In this document: in pieces, positions 36,653 to 46,976 of the stretch
How positions within the stretch are numbered: the stretch's first letter is position 1
Layout: each line of letters begins with the position of its first letter
Assembly (NCBI GenBank): GCA_964562545.1
Contig: CAZLTV010000001.1
Span: 7,796-71,795, forward strand
Length of the DNA stretch: 64,000 nt
Source of the DNA: an uncultured Mycobacterium sp.
GTDB taxonomy: Bacteria; Actinomycetota; Actinomycetes; Mycobacteriales; Mycobacteriaceae
Direction: 5' to 3'
Translations under genes and position numbers: made by a program
The notes under the pieces: model-generated
Told to the model about the DNA's origin: nothing
Databases searched by the model: none
Seen by the model: the letters and a program-made list of their open reading frames with translations, nothing else

Positions 36653-38584
36653 ATGAGATTGTGGATAGCCGAAAAACCTGACGCTGGTCGTCAAATCGCC
36701 AAGGCTCTGGGCGGAGGTCATGGATCTAACGGACAGATCACCTTGTCCAATGGTGACATCGTCACCTGGGCAATCGGGCACCTCCTAGAATCCTACATGC
36801 CACAGGACTACAACGAGGATTACAAGAAGTGGGATCTCGATCACCTTCCCATTCTCCCAGAACGGTTCCTTCGGAAGCCTGAGAAGAGCAAGGCCGGTCA
36901 GCTCAAAACCATCGTCCGGCTAATCAAGCAAGCCAGCGAAGTCGTCATCGCGACTGACGCCGGGCGTGAGGGGGAATTCATTGCATGGTCCATCCTCGAT
37001 TACGCCGGCTGGAAAGGCCCAACTCTTCGCTTCTGGACAAGCTCTCTCAATGAAAGCCACCTGAAAAAGGCGGTTCATCAGCTCATCGATGATGCAGAGA
37101 AGAAGCCCCTCTACGTTGCAGCGCGCATCAGGTCCTCAATGGACTGGGCGGATGGGATCAACTGGAGCCGATACTACAACCTGCGCAGCGGCAACTATGG
37201 AGATGCGCCCCTGTCGCTTGGCCGCGTCCAGACTGCCACACTCGCAATCCTCGTTGATCGTGACGAGGAAATCGACAACTTCAAGCCTTCCCCATACTAT
37301 GAGCTGAAAGCCACCATGGACGTCCCTCAGGGTAAGCTGGAGCTCATGCATGCTCCGCCCGAGGAAAAGCGGATCACTGACGCAGCGGTAGCGCAGGACA
37401 TCGCGCGTCGTACCGAGGGTGTTCCGACTAACCTCAAGGTCGAGAAGAAGCCGAAAACCTTCTCACCTCCCCCACCTTTCAGCCTCCCCGAACTGCAGAT
37501 GACTGCGTCTTCGCGTTGGGGGTGGTCCGCTAAGAAAACCCTCGATGTCCTCCAGCAGCTCTATGAGAAGGGCGCAGTCACCTATCCCCGTACCGATAGC
37601 GGCTACCTCACCGAAGAGATGGTCGACGACATGCCAAAACACCTCGGCGCGCTGCGACAGCATCCGAAGTTCCGCGAGATGGCGTCGATCGATCCGGTCA
37701 TTCGCAAGAAGATCTTCGATTCCAAGAAGGTCGAAGACCACCACGGGATTATCCCTACCGAAGAACACGTCGATATCTCCAGCCTCGGTCCCGAAGCCGA
37801 GAACCTTTTCGAGGTCATCGCCCGCCGCTTCGTTGCCGCGCTCATGCCGGATGCCCAAGGCTCAACAACCAGCATCAGCGCGACCATCGATGGAGTTCTC
37901 TTCAAGACCTCCGGGACCATCATCTCTGTCCCTGGCTGGAAAGCCGTTTGGGATGACAAGCCCGATGAGGACGAGAAGAAAGGCGGCGAGGAAGACACCA
38001 ACCGGGTTCTGCCGCCGGTCGAGGATGGCCAGACTACTCGAGCCAGCCGGGTCGAAGTCCTCAATAAAATGACCCGGCCGCCGCCGCACTTCACCGAAGG
38101 CACGCTGCTCAAGGCCATGATGGCCGCCGGATCGAAGAACGACGACAAGGAAATTCGCGAGCTTCTGTCCAATGGAGGGCTTGGGACACAGGCTACCCGT
38201 CAGGACATCCTCGAAAAACTAAAGAAGCGCACATTTGCCGTTCTCAAGGGCAAAAAGTTTCTCTCGACGCCCCGAGCTCGCGAGTTCATTAAGATCATTC
38301 GCGATGATGGAAACCGGCTCGCGGACGTTGTCGCAACTGCGAATTTGGAACGTGAGCTCCGCCAGATCGAGAAAGACCCTTCCTCGGCGCTTCGGATCTG
38401 GACCAGATACACTCAAACCCTGATCGGCGAGATTTCCCATCTCAAATCCGGCCCGGCACCGCGCAAGCTCACGCCGGCTCCGCGAAGGTCGGGAGGCAAA
38501 GGGTCTGCCGGTGGTGCACGCAAGGCAGCACGCAAGTTCTCATCGTCCAAGAGTAGCTCAAAGAGAAAGAGTGCGAGAGGCTAA
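36653..38584 (+). CDS. topB: type IA DNA topoisomerase III (TopB/TraE-like)
   Basis: IAEKP, TWAIGHL, ATDAGREGE, SLGRVQT, TYPRTD, HHGIIPT, GLGTQATR. Confidence 0.9.
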   Translation: MRLWIAEKPDAGRQIAKALGGGHGSNGQITLSNGDIVTWAIGHLLESYMPQDYNEDYKKWDLDHLPILPERFLRKPEKSKAGQLKTIVRLIKQASEVVIATDAGREGEFIAWSILDYAGWKGPTLRFWTSSLNESHLKKAVHQLIDDAEKKPLYVAARIRSSMDWADGINWSRYYNLRSGNYGDAPLSLGRVQTATLAILVDRDEEIDNFKPSPYYELKATMDVPQGKLELMHAPPEEKRITDAAVAQDIARRTEGVPTNLKVEKKPKTFSPPPPFSLPELQMTASSRWGWSAKKTLDVLQQLYEKGAVTYPRTDSGYLTEEMVDDMPKHLGALRQHPKFREMASIDPVIRKKIFDSKKVEDHHGIIPTEEHVDISSLGPEAENLFEVIARRFVAALMPDAQGSTTSISATIDGVLFKTSGTIISVPGWKAVWDDKPDEDEKKGGEEDTNRVLPPVEDGQTTRASRVEVLNKMTRPPPHFTEGTLLKAMMAAGSKNDDKEIRELLSNGGLGTQATRQDILEKLKKRTFAVLKGKKFLSTPRAREFIKIIRDDGNRLADVVATANLERELRQIEKDPSSALRIWTRYTQTLIGEISHLKSGPAPRKLTPAPRRSGGKGSAGGARKAARKFSSSKSSSKRKSARG

Positions 38585-38699
38585 GGCACTCGCAGGGATA
38601 GTAGGAAAACATGACCCAGGTCATCTCGGCTTCGAGGCAATTCTGCCCTCGAAGCCGCTCCTGCCAACCAGCCGAGCCGTCTGACATTGGAGAAGAGCT

Positions 38700-39716
38700 A
38701 TGCAAAGCACTGCTGGCGCCAAGGGGCCCGTCGATTATGCCAACGAATTGAGCACGCCGTTCTTTACGCGCGGCCAGCTTCTGGCCTTCCGACACCCTCC
38801 TTCCCAATCGGCCATCGAGAAGGTCCTCAAGGCGGGCAGCCACGATTACATCCCGCACGAGTACATCCGAGCCGTTCTTGACAGGTATATCGGAACCGGC
38901 CGCTGGGAATTCTCTGCGACGCTCCACTCCCTCGACAAAGAGGTCCTGACCAAAGAAGACCGCGGCACCGAAGTCCAGATGCTCGCGCTGACCGCCAGCG
39001 TGAACGTTGATCTTCGCATTCACGCCCGCGATGGGTCGGGGCAGACGCTTACTTACAGTGCAATTGGCTCCAGCACCCATCAGGCCGGCGTTGAAAAAGG
39101 ATACGGCTCGATCACGGCAAACGCGATCGGCTCGGCAGAATCGCTTGGCCTCAAGCGGGCGGCATCCAATCTCGGCAAGGCATTCGGCTTCGACCTGAAA
39201 TCGAAGGTCAAGAAGGAAGACCTCCCTCCCCCACTCGACCATTTCAACCAGAAGGTGAATGAGCACTACGCGAACAAGTTCGGCACTCCTCTCCCCTTCG
39301 AGATCGAACAAAACCCACCCTCGGAAAGGCTCCGGATAACCAGTGATCCTTCTCCTTCGGCTGCCGATGCCCAGGAAAGCAACGTCAGTCCTATACGCGC
39401 TGAAGAAAGCGAGAAACCAGCGCACGACGAGAAGGCCACCGACGATGCCTGGGACCTCTCCAAGGTTCCGGATGACTTCCCCGGCTGGCTATCCTGCCTC
39501 GAAACGCTCATCGGTCAGCTCAGCAATCTTTCCAACGAGCGGGAGATTAAGACCTTCGTTCGCCGCAACAAGAAGGTGATCGGAAAGCTTCCCACGCTCC
39601 CTGCTGAAAATGGTCATCCCGAGCGCGACTTCGTCAAGCGCTGGGAGCGCAAGCTCGCCGAACGCTACGACGAGCTCGGCATCAAACGCCCCAAAGAAAT
39701 CGAAAAGGCAGCCTGA
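38700..39716 (+). CDS. Rad52/Rad22-family ssDNA annealing protein (Sak-like)
   Basis: YIPHEYIRAVLDRYIG..WEF and AESLGLKRAASNLGKAFG match the Rad52 core. Confidence 0.75.
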   Translation: MQSTAGAKGPVDYANELSTPFFTRGQLLAFRHPPSQSAIEKVLKAGSHDYIPHEYIRAVLDRYIGTGRWEFSATLHSLDKEVLTKEDRGTEVQMLALTASVNVDLRIHARDGSGQTLTYSAIGSSTHQAGVEKGYGSITANAIGSAESLGLKRAASNLGKAFGFDLKSKVKKEDLPPPLDHFNQKVNEHYANKFGTPLPFEIEQNPPSERLRITSDPSPSAADAQESNVSPIRAEESEKPAHDEKATDDAWDLSKVPDDFPGWLSCLETLIGQLSNLSNEREIKTFVRRNKKVIGKLPTLPAENGHPERDFVKRWERKLAERYDELGIKRPKEIEKAA

Positions 39717-39718
39717 AT

Positions 39719-40378
39719 ATGCTTCTTTCCTTCCCGCCAGGTTGGAACCTCAAGGTGCCAGTTGGTACTGTTCTTGTTCGTGTGGATGTCGTCATGAACA
39801 CACGGCCTGGTGCCGGTGGCTACGCTGCGATCCTCGAAGCCGCCGATCAGAAAGAAAGCGTGCTGCTGCGAGGGGGCATCCCCGAGACCAACACCGAGCA
39901 CATGATAAAGATGCTCGGCATACGGCTGGCGGAAGAAATTCAGGGAAACCGTGCAGTGATCCTCACTCGCAGCAGCATCATGTATTCGTCGCTCAGCATG
40001 GTCTTCAAGCCATACAAACTGATCCGCCTGCTCGGCAATTCTCCCCTCGCGGTCGCCGATGCCACTCGGCACGCTCATGTCATGGCTGAGCGGGCCCTGT
40101 GCCGCGAGGAAGCTTCCGAAGAGCGGATGATGATGGCTCGGTTTGAGCCAAGCAAAGAAGAGTTCCACAACAACCAGGACACAAAGACTGCTCACGCAGC
40201 CCTGCAGACCTTACTGGATACCGTCGGGGTCTCGGATCTGAAGAGTCCCTCCGTTCAGAAGGCGGTGCAAGAGGTTCTCGAGGCCACCGAGAACGAGGTC
40301 GTGGCCTTTCACCGTGACGCCATTCGCCAATGCACTGCGAATGACATCCCAAAGCCTACTCGAGAGAAAGAAAATTAA
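39719..40378 (+). CDS. degenerate RNase HI-like protein
   Basis: VD....RPGAGGYAAIL...GG..ETN..M pattern of RNase HI; later catalytic acids appear lost. Confidence 0.5.
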   Translation: MLLSFPPGWNLKVPVGTVLVRVDVVMNTRPGAGGYAAILEAADQKESVLLRGGIPETNTEHMIKMLGIRLAEEIQGNRAVILTRSSIMYSSLSMVFKPYKLIRLLGNSPLAVADATRHAHVMAERALCREEASEERMMMARFEPSKEEFHNNQDTKTAHAALQTLLDTVGVSDLKSPSVQKAVQEVLEATENEVVAFHRDAIRQCTANDIPKPTREKEN

Positions 40379-40381
40379 GTC

Positions 40382-41416
40382 GTGACGACTCTCACAGCAG
40401 CAAGCATCGCCGACAGTCTGAACAGCGGCCGCGCTCGAACGAAGCAGCATGGGCAGGGCTACATGGCCCTCTGCCCAAATCATGATGACATCAACCCTTC
40501 CCTTTCGGTCCGCGAAACCGAGAAGGGCCGCATCCTCCTTCACTGCTTCGGCACGAGCTGCCCCGACCAGCGCCAAGTCTATGCAGCCGTTGAGGGAGCA
40601 CTGGGCCTCGAGCCTGGGGCGCTCAACGGCCCGGGCGAAGACTATACGCCCTCGCCCATCCGGCGCGATACCGTGCGCAAGCGCCGCGCCGACGTCGATC
40701 ATATCTGTCCGGTGCCCGACGATGCGCCTCCCATCGCACGCAAGGCGAAAACGAAGAAGTTCGGCAAGCCGACTAAGATCTGGACATACAAGAACGCCGA
40801 AGGCCGCGTGATGGGTCACATTGCGCGGTATGACATTCCCGCGACCGAGACCGATCCTGCAGACAAGGTCATCTGGCCGTGGACTTTCGGGATCCGAGAA
40901 GGTCGCCGGGAGTGGTGCGTGAGCGCGATGCCTGAGCCTCGCGTTCTCTACAACCTCGACAAGATCGCCAAGAACCCGAACGCTCCCATTGTCATTCATG
41001 AAGGCGAGAAGGCCTGTGACGCCGGAGAAGAGCTCTTCCCCAACTGGATTCACACCACTCCCGTCGGTGGCGGCAAGGCGCCCCATATGAGTGACTTCAA
41101 GCCCCTCGCTGGGCGCCAGGTTATCATCGCTCCCGATAATGATTGCGCTGGGGTGGAATTCATCGCCCAGGTCTCGGAGATCCTGCTCGAGCTCGACACC
41201 ACGCCAATGATCCTGCGTTTCCCGACTTCGTACATCGTCGAGGATGGTGCGCTGAAGAAGGAACACTACGCCATGCGTCAGGGCGACGACATGGCTGATC
41301 ACGCCGCGCGCGGCTGGACAACCGACCTCATCCGCGAGGCCGTATCGCTCAGCGGCTATCCGCTCACATGGGCAGTCGAGGACTGGCCTCAGGATAATTC
41401 AGAAGCGGAGACGTAA
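40382..41416 (+). CDS. DNA primase (Zn-finger + TOPRIM)
   Basis: CPNHDDINPSLSV..LHCFGTSC, LYNL, HEGEKAC, PDND, GDDMAD. Confidence 0.8.
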   Translation: MTTLTAASIADSLNSGRARTKQHGQGYMALCPNHDDINPSLSVRETEKGRILLHCFGTSCPDQRQVYAAVEGALGLEPGALNGPGEDYTPSPIRRDTVRKRRADVDHICPVPDDAPPIARKAKTKKFGKPTKIWTYKNAEGRVMGHIARYDIPATETDPADKVIWPWTFGIREGRREWCVSAMPEPRVLYNLDKIAKNPNAPIVIHEGEKACDAGEELFPNWIHTTPVGGGKAPHMSDFKPLAGRQVIIAPDNDCAGVEFIAQVSEILLELDTTPMILRFPTSYIVEDGALKKEHYAMRQGDDMADHAARGWTTDLIREAVSLSGYPLTWAVEDWPQDNSEAET

Positions 41417-41521
41417 GGCAAGCAGAATATTTGAGGGAGTTTCAGGATTTTTCTGGAAGGCTAGTTGCATTCGGAATGCAGTTAGTGGGACAATTGGAGT
41501 GTCCAATGGAGGAAAATTCTC

Positions 41522-44500
41522 ATGACCGCTTATTCTTACAAGTCTTTCGCTACTCGCGAGCAGGTGGCCGGGCAGCAGATTCCGCTGATCACCGTCCCCC
41601 ACGGGCACGCGCTCAATAACGAGCATCGTGCCCCGTTTTCGTCGGGCACCACTGCAGCACGCGCCCTGATGGTTCACGCCCAGCGCGAACTTTCCGATCC
41701 GGTGCGCGGTCCCGACTACTTCAACCGCCTCCGCACCATGTACGACAGCGCGTCGATCAACAGCCAGAGCGTCAAGCGTCGCCTTCGCATGCGCCAGCAG
41801 CGCGCCGCGGCCGCCCTCGCCAACAGCGACGTCGAGCTTAGCGCCGAGCAGCTGCAGACCGTTGCCGATATCGCCATGGTCCAGGCTGAAATCGGCCAGG
41901 CCCTTCTCCCTGAAGTGCTGGCGAGCGGCCAGCCTGCCGAGAAGGTCATCGAAGAAATCGACGACATCACGCGTCAGGCCCTGCGTTCGGCGACCCTCCT
42001 CCGCACGGAACAGCAGATCGGCAAGGAAGTCGACCCCAATGCCTGGACGCGTGAACTGAGCGATCGCCTCGCCAATGCACCGCAGGCAGACAACAGCGAA
42101 ACCGCGGCAGAAGCCCGCGCTGAACTCGTCACGCGTTTCAGCGGCCTCGTCTACCAGCTCGAAGAGCAGCTCCCCGTCGCAATCGATCGTGACGAGCCCC
42201 TCTATGACATCGACGACGCGATGGATCCCGAGGCTGTTGCCACCACGGTCAACAGCCTCTCGGAAGCCATGGGCGAGGCATTCAATCCCGACGACCTCGA
42301 GCAGAACGAAGAGCTCACCTACCAGGCTCGCCAGTCGATCTGGCAGAGCATGTCGATGGATGAGCGCACGTTCGCTGCCACCAAGATCGCGCTGACGCCC
42401 GCTCAGCGCGTCGAAGTCGGCATGTCCATCGCCAACTCGACGCCGCCAGCCATCCGTCTTCCCGAGCAGGAACTCGGCACCGGTCGCTTCGACGTCCGTA
42501 TGTCGACCGAAGAAGAAGCCCGCGCCATGGAGAGCCTTCTGCGCTTCGCCGGCGAAGAGCGCACCTACCCCGGTCCGGAGAAGGCTGCTCAGCACATCGA
42601 ATCCCTGAAGGAGCTTTCGATGCCGGCTGGCCAGCAGGGCCGGATGACGATCGGCTTCGCTGTTGCCAACAACCCGGCCGCGGTCGAACACGCCAAGGGA
42701 CTGATCGAACGTCTCAGCCAGCGCGATGATGCCCGCATCATCCTCCACGCTGAGAACCCGCAGGTCGCTGAAGAGCTCCAGGCTGCCCGCAAAGCCGCCC
42801 TCGAGGCCAACGGCCATTCCTTCAAGCCGTTCAAGGATGGCGCCGACGCAACTCGTGAGCTGGGCGGCTGGACCCTCCCCGACAACGGCGAAGACCGCAT
42901 CCTCGGCAAGGACAAGCGCGACGCGGAAGTCTTCGTCGCCAATACCGACAAGGTATGGGCGTACAACAACGCGGTCGACCTCGAAATCACCTCGCAGAGC
43001 GAAGCGATGACCAACATCGTGAACGCCCAGCGTGCTGCCAATGCTCGCGAGAACGACGTCAAAACCGCGCGCGAAGCCATGCTCGCATCCCGCGATCCGG
43101 CGCTGGTCCAGAAGGCTGTTGAACTGGCTGAAGCAGGCCAGAGCGACAAGCAGGCTCGAGCAGCTGCCAACGACAGCGCTGACAAGCAGCTCGTCAAGGA
43201 GCTGACCGACCTGGAAGGCAAGTCCCGCAAGGCTTACGCTGCCCTCGAAGCTGCCAAGCAGCATATGGAGAAGATCGAGCGGCAGGCCGCTCAGGACGCG
43301 TATCGCCAGTCGGCTCCCGGCGACGTCGCCCGAGCAACGATCGTCGATCTCGCACAGCAGCAGGGCAAGCTTTCCAAGGTCTACGTCCCGGGCAACCCCG
43401 CCAAGGGGGCGGTCATCGAAACGTCCAAGGGTGCACTCGCGGAGCAGCGTGAATACGTCGCCCAGCGTTACGCACAGCGCCTGCGCAATGGCACCGCTTC
43501 GGAGCGCGGCAACCTTCGCCGCCTCTTCCATGCAGAACGCGGCGTCAACGCGACCCTCGTCGACGGCTCGAACTACTATCGCGAGAGCAAGGGTGCGCAG
43601 AAGGGCTTCGAAGCACTGCGCGGCCGCATCGCGGGCCTTTCGAAGTCGGGCGTCATCCTGACCAGCCACAACCCGAAGAACGAGATCTCCGCTGAAATCG
43701 TCAACAAGTCGGGTCGTCCGGCCCTGATGGCAACCGCATGGCGCGTGAGCGAACATTCGACGCCGACCGATCTTAACGGCCGCCAGGTCACCCTGTCGGA
43801 ACGCAAGACCGAACTCGACCTCGGCTTCGCCGCAGTCGGCGGGAAGGACAGCAATGCCTCCAAGGCCCGCGAATGGTCGCACAAGGAGCTGAAGGGCGCC
43901 GTCATCACTGTCACCGGTGGTGGCTCGATGACCCGCGAAACCTATGACGCCATCCAGGATCTTGCCGTCAAGAAGGGAACCAAGGGCCACTCGCTCAATG
44001 CCGACGAAGTCGGCAAGCTGTACGAAGAGCTCCTCCACGACGGCAAGGGCCATCTCGAGGCACCCAAGTTCGCGAACACTCAGCTGTCGCGTGCAATCGC
44101 ACAGGAAGCTCTGGTCGACTACTCGTCGCAGGCGATCCTCGCCACCGACATGGGCAAGGACTATCACTCGGCGAACCTGATCCGTCAGGCCATCGACGCG
44201 GATAAGCTTGCTGCTGTCATCGACAAGGACGGCAAGCCCGTCCCCATCGAAGCGGCTCGCGAGCACAGCATGCAGTTCGCTCAGTCGATCGCTGACAACA
44301 CGCGCAAGGATCTCGATCTCAACGTCTCGACCGCGAGTGAGTTCGGCCAGCTGGTCCTCACCGGCCTGCCCGGCGTCAACTCCGAGCGCGCAGAGCGCAT
44401 GGGTGAAACCTACAACACCCTCAACGACGTGATGATGGCGGCAGAAGCCGGCGAAGCTTCGGCATCGCTCCCGAAGACGCTTCATCACGACCTGTCGCGC

Positions 44501-45718
44501 CCTGCAAACTGGGCGAGCGCCGAGGCTCGTGCTCACGAGATCGAGAATGCAGCCGACAAGGCAAACATGGATGCAATCGCGGTCACCAACCCGATGTACC
44601 CCAAGACCTTGAAGGACGCCGGCAGCCGCGAAATGCTCTACACCATGGGCGATGTGGACCTCAACGTCCCTACCGTCGCGATGATCGTGGGCGAGAAGAC
44701 GAAGACGCACGACGCCGACGTCGAGGCAGCCCTCGCAGTCGCATCCGAAGCAAAGCAGAAGAACTGGGCGGTCTCGCTCCACCTCTCCGGCGAAACTTCG
44801 GCTTCCATGGCCAAGGCCATCGCAGAGATGCCGGAGGCCGAACGCCCCCGCATCCTGCTCGTCGGCGACGGCCACATGGGCGCAGCCAAGGACGCCAAGG
44901 TGCGCGAAGCGATCACCGCAGTTGGCCATGCAGGTGGCGGCTATGTCACCCGCACCGCACCGACTGAAAAGGCGGACGCGGGCATGGACGGCGAAGTCAG
45001 CTACAAGACTGACCGTCGCGCTGCGATCGAGCTTCAGGGTCGCCAGGCCAGTGCAGCTGTGGTCATGAAGAGCAACGGCAACGACATGGAAATGCTCGCT
45101 CTGCGAACTGCATTGCAGACCGGCAAGCCCATCGCCGCAGTCGGCCCCTCAAACCGCGAAGACCCCACCATGGACGACCTTCGCTTCCGCGGCGCCGGCT
45201 ATAGCGCGAACCAGCGCCTCCTCCAGGGCGGTGATCGTGTCTCGGTGATGCTCGAAACCCGCAACACGGCATTCCAGCCCAACTTCATTCCGGATATGAC
45301 CGAGCAGACGAAGGACAACTACATTCCCTTCGAAGGCTCGACTGCCGGCATGCAGAATGCTCCGAATGATCCGAAGCGCGAAAACGACATCGATCACTCG
45401 GCTGTCGAAAGCGGTCAGCGTATGTCGGCCAGCATATCCTGGCGCGAACCGGCAGAGTACATGCCTGCCGGCAAGGGCCTCGCCGAATTCCTCGACAACG
45501 TCGAGGCAGGCAACGCCCGTGACATTGCCTCGAAGGAAGCAGACATCGTCGCACAAGCTCGCGCAAACGATGCCAAGTTCCTCGATGTTTCGAGCCGGAT
45601 GAACACTCGAGCCGATGTTGCCGCCGTGTTTGGTGAAATCAGCGACCGCTCGCAGGATGCGATCGACGCCGACACCCAGCAGCACTTCCTGCAGCAGCGC
45701 GCAGGGATGGGCCGCTAA
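41522..45718 (+). CDS. giant protein with C-terminal DprA-like (SLOG) domain and further SLOG-like domains
   Basis: GAGGA RBS; LTGLPGV (HhH), YPKTL...LYTMGD...VAMIVG, AVVM..ALQTGKPIAAV, NQRLLQGG as in DprA. Confidence 0.6.
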   Translation: MTAYSYKSFATREQVAGQQIPLITVPHGHALNNEHRAPFSSGTTAARALMVHAQRELSDPVRGPDYFNRLRTMYDSASINSQSVKRRLRMRQQRAAAALANSDVELSAEQLQTVADIAMVQAEIGQALLPEVLASGQPAEKVIEEIDDITRQALRSATLLRTEQQIGKEVDPNAWTRELSDRLANAPQADNSETAAEARAELVTRFSGLVYQLEEQLPVAIDRDEPLYDIDDAMDPEAVATTVNSLSEAMGEAFNPDDLEQNEELTYQARQSIWQSMSMDERTFAATKIALTPAQRVEVGMSIANSTPPAIRLPEQELGTGRFDVRMSTEEEARAMESLLRFAGEERTYPGPEKAAQHIESLKELSMPAGQQGRMTIGFAVANNPAAVEHAKGLIERLSQRDDARIILHAENPQVAEELQAARKAALEANGHSFKPFKDGADATRELGGWTLPDNGEDRILGKDKRDAEVFVANTDKVWAYNNAVDLEITSQSEAMTNIVNAQRAANARENDVKTAREAMLASRDPALVQKAVELAEAGQSDKQARAAANDSADKQLVKELTDLEGKSRKAYAALEAAKQHMEKIERQAAQDAYRQSAPGDVARATIVDLAQQQGKLSKVYVPGNPAKGAVIETSKGALAEQREYVAQRYAQRLRNGTASERGNLRRLFHAERGVNATLVDGSNYYRESKGAQKGFEALRGRIAGLSKSGVILTSHNPKNEISAEIVNKSGRPALMATAWRVSEHSTPTDLNGRQVTLSERKTELDLGFAAVGGKDSNASKAREWSHKELKGAVITVTGGGSMTRETYDAIQDLAVKKGTKGHSLNADEVGKLYEELLHDGKGHLEAPKFANTQLSRAIAQEALVDYSSQAILATDMGKDYHSANLIRQAIDADKLAAVIDKDGKPVPIEAAREHSMQFAQSIADNTRKDLDLNVSTASEFGQLVLTGLPGVNSERAERMGETYNTLNDVMMAAEAGEASASLPKTLHHDLSRPANWASAEARAHEIENAADKANMDAIAVTNPMYPKTLKDAGSREMLYTMGDVDLNVPTVAMIVGEKTKTHDADVEAALAVASEAKQKNWAVSLHLSGETSASMAKAIAEMPEAERPRILLVGDGHMGAAKDAKVREAITAVGHAGGGYVTRTAPTEKADAGMDGEVSYKTDRRAAIELQGRQASAAVVMKSNGNDMEMLALRTALQTGKPIAAVGPSNREDPTMDDLRFRGAGYSANQRLLQGGDRVSVMLETRNTAFQPNFIPDMTEQTKDNYIPFEGSTAGMQNAPNDPKRENDIDHSAVESGQRMSASISWREPAEYMPAGKGLAEFLDNVEAGNARDIASKEADIVAQARANDAKFLDVSSRMNTRADVAAVFGEISDRSQDAIDADTQQHFLQQRAGMGR

Positions 45719-45742
45719 TCTCAGCACAAGCTGGGCCAAGAA

Positions 45743-45777
45743 CAGCCCCGCCGGTTCTCCGGCGGGGCTTTTTCTTT
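45743..45777 (+). terminator. intrinsic terminator
   Basis: AGCCCCGCCGG / CCGGCGGGGCT followed by TTTTCTTT. Confidence 0.85.
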
Positions 45778-46077
45778 GACCAAGAATGATTGGAAGGCTG
45801 CGCTTCAATGCGCCGAGAAGGGGAAAGACCGAGCCCAACCGACCTCACAGTTCAACACAAAGGTCAGCAGGGCAGGAGGAGCACAGGCTCCTCAAGTTAG
45901 AACTTCCTCGAATCAGCAGGAGACCTAGACGGCAGATCCACGGAAGGATATTGAGACGCGGGGAAAAGTTCCCCGAATTTAGGGAAAAAAGAAAGATTTC
46001 CCTGAAAGGTGCCACATAATCGTTTGACCTGAGGGCTCGCCAACCCTCACAATATGCAAAACTTCCACGGAGATCCT

Positions 46078-46527
46078 ATGAATCGCGCCATTCTCGTCGG
46101 CACGGTTGTGTCCCAGCCCAGAGTGCTTGAGCTCGAGAACAACAGCTCGATCACCAAGTTCCGCGTCCAGACCACCGACGTATATCATGTGGACGGCGAT
46201 CTGCGCGAACGCTCGCAGACCCATCTCATCGATGTCTGGAATGCACAGTTGCAAAGGGACGTCACCCCCGGCCTCTCGAAGGGCGATTTCGTATCGATCG
46301 TGGGAGCCATGGAGTCCCGGAAAATCAATGGTGACGACGGTCCCAGGTGGGTCACCTCCATTGTCATCCGCAACAGCGGATCCATTCAAGTCTTCGGCGG
46401 CCCTGGCTCGAACGTATCGACCCACGCGGAAGCTGGCGAATACGGTGTGAACGTAGATCACCGCCGCAAGCCGGACCAGGAGCCCGACGATTACGATCAT
46501 GAAGATCGCCAGCCTGACCTTCACTGA
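46078..46527 (+). CDS. ssb: single-stranded DNA-binding protein
   Basis: MNRAILVG, LSKGDFVSIVGAMESR, OB-fold pattern, acidic tail. Confidence 0.8.
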   Translation: MNRAILVGTVVSQPRVLELENNSSITKFRVQTTDVYHVDGDLRERSQTHLIDVWNAQLQRDVTPGLSKGDFVSIVGAMESRKINGDDGPRWVTSIVIRNSGSIQVFGGPGSNVSTHAEAGEYGVNVDHRRKPDQEPDDYDHEDRQPDLH

Positions 46528-46568
46528 AACCTCGAATTATCCAGAAACGCTCACACAAGGACACTCTC

Positions 46569-46976
46569 ATGAGCCAAGACCAGAACAAGCGCCGCGTCAT
46601 CGTTCGCGCCCCGATCACCATGTCGATTGGCCCCGTGCCTGACACAGTCGAAAAGACAGAAGAATTCGTCACCTTCGGCATCGCCAATCTACAGGCCGTC
46701 CTGCGCGACAAAGGCATCAGCGCAAAGGTCGACGCCGAGCAGATCATCGCAACCGTCGTCGACGGTTCCGAGAAGGCTGAGACCTTCACTGCCAACGGCC
46801 TACAGCTGCTCGATGAGCGCGCTTACCGGGTGCAGTCGAATGGCAAACAGCACAACCTCGAGTTCAGCACCGATCTCGGGAACTCCTTCAACGTCGTCGG
46901 CACCTTCTCCAACGAAGCCTTCGCCAACGCAATTGGCGCAGCATGGGTCGAGGGCCGCGTAGAAAGCGTCGGCTAA
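46569..46976 (+). CDS. hypothetical protein
   Basis: AAGGA RBS; 135 aa. Confidence 0.7.
   Translation: MSQDQNKRRVIVRAPITMSIGPVPDTVEKTEEFVTFGIANLQAVLRDKGISAKVDAEQIIATVVDGSEKAETFTANGLQLLDERAYRVQSNGKQHNLEFSTDLGNSFNVVGTFSNEAFANAIGAAWVEGRVESVG

Noticed and set aside
41399-44929. 1176-aa minus-strand ORF
   Set aside because: Antisense shadow of the 1398-aa + gene, caused by GC-rich codon bias; no motifs or RBS.
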